Source of the DNA: Candidatus Methylomirabilia bacterium | GTDB taxonomy: Bacteria > Methylomirabilota > Methylomirabilia > Rokubacteriales > CSP1-6 | NCBI GenBank assembly: GCA_041497895.1 | Contig: JBGQHJ010000060.1 | Span: 1-26,649 of the forward strand | Reading direction: 5' to 3' | DNA length: 26,649 bases | Shown here: in pieces, positions 25,746-26,649 of the stretch | Layout: every line of letters begins with the position of its first letter | Numbering within the stretch: the stretch's first letter is position 1 | Made by a program: the position numbers and the translations under genes | The notes under the pieces: model-generated | Seen by the model: only the letters and a program-made list of their open reading frames with translations | Database searches by the model: none | What the model was told of the DNA's origin: nothing

Positions 25746-26321
25746 TCAGGGGACCCGGGCGCGGAAGGTGAACGCCACGCGCACCTCGTTGCCGATCGGG
25801 TTCAGGAACGAGTTGTAGTTCATCGCGTACTCGCCCCGGTTGACGATGAACTCGCCGGAGGCGACCAGCGCGGTCTCGGTGATCTGCACGTCCACCGGCA
25901 CCGCGATCTCGCGGGTCACCCCGTGCAGGGTGAGGCGGCCCATCACGGTGGCCCGGCGGCCCGCCGACTCCACCCGCACGCTCTGGAACGCGATGGTCGG
26001 GAAGCGCTCGATGTCGAAGAAGTCGGCGCTGCGCAGGTGCTTGTCGCGCATCTCGATGCCGGTCTCGAGCGAGGCCGCGTCGATGGTGAGGCTGATCCGC
26101 GCGCCGGTGAGGCCGGCCGGGTCCGCCACCACGTCGCCGCTGAAGCGGCCGAAGTGCCCCTCCGCGTTCATCAGCCGCGACGTCGCTCGGAACGTGATCT
26201 CGCTGGCCTCGGGCTGGATGCGGAAGCGAAGCGATTCGGCCCTCGCGGGAGCGCTCCCCGTGAGCATCACGAGCACGAGGGCGGTCAGCGTGAGCCGGCC
26301 GGCGAGGGAAGGTCGCGACAC
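25746..26321 (-). CDS. YceI family (polyisoprenoid/lipid-binding) periplasmic protein
   Basis: Signal peptide; IDAASLETG...RDKHLRSADFFD...FPTIAF and GRLTLHGVTREI. Confidence 0.9.
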   Translation of the reverse strand: MSRPSLAGRLTLTALVLVMLTGSAPARAESLRFRIQPEASEITFRATSRLMNAEGHFGRFSGDVVADPAGLTGARISLTIDAASLETGIEMRDKHLRSADFFDIERFPTIAFQSVRVESAGRRATVMGRLTLHGVTREIAVPVDVQITETALVASGEFIVNRGEYAMNYNSFLNPIGNEVRVAFTFRARVP

Positions 26322-26422
26322 GGCCCCTAGTATCGCTCAACCGTCGAGACGCGGGGCCCGGTTTCCGCGTCTTCGTCACAAATCAGGACGGGCGCGACGG
26401 GCGGCGGGTGTAGGCTCGCGCC

Positions 26423-26649
26423 GTGCCCGCGATGTCCCTCGCGCTCGGCCTGTTCCTGTCCATGGTCGCCCTCCTCGTCTCCGTCATCGCGCTGCTCGCG
26501 GCGCGCGCGCGGACGACGCCCGAGCGCGCGGACGGGCGTGTCGCCGCGCTCGAGGCGCAGCTGAGCGTGCTGCTCGACCGGGTGCGGGCGCTCGAGGGCG
26601 CCGCCGGCCGCGACCGGGCCGCCACCGGAATCGACACGGGCCCGCCGCC
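26423..26649 (+). CDS. Membrane protein N-terminus (TM helix plus coiled coil, DUF2339-like start), runs off the window
   Basis: (V)PAMSLALGLFLSMVALLVSVIALLAAR...RVAALEAQLSVLLDRVRALE; TAGGCT -10 box 6 nt before GTG 26423; alternative ATG at 26432. Confidence 0.6.
   Translation, partial: MPAMSLALGLFLSMVALLVSVIALLAARARTTPERADGRVAALEAQLSVLLDRVRALEGAAGRDRAATGIDTGPP

Overview
Very GC-rich, densely coding bacterial chromosome segment; gene content and style resemble Candidatus Rokubacteria/Methylomirabilota (inference only). It holds about 33 CDS and no rRNA, tRNA, CRISPR or transposase. From left to right: a partial HerA/DUF87-like ATPase, an amidohydrolase, an acyltransferase-3, two small ORFs, a Dpp/Opp-type ABC cassette with a truncated GNAT relic, benE, a SIMPL-YbcI-MaoC-MaoC-3HAO run, a 4-gene envelope module (membrane protein, winged-HTH, UppS paralog, DUF4153-like), a sulfatase, a long minus-strand acyl-CoA catabolic run (CoA-transferase, enoyl-CoA hydratase, acyl-CoA dehydrogenase, HMG-CoA-lyase-like and accessory genes) bracketed by two DUF169 genes, yceI, and a partial membrane protein. 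The most notable signals are: (1) a two-copy palindromic operator ACTTTG-N5-CAAAGT, one copy at the module's -35 box and one wrapped around the uppS start codon; (2) an IHF site plus sigma54-type promoter in front of an orphan 59-aa acidic protein, followed by an unannotated 44-aa secreted Met/Lys/Asp peptide; (3) a 43-bp duplication creating a translationally coupled mini-ORF; (4) a deleted GNAT whose frame runs into the ABC binding protein.
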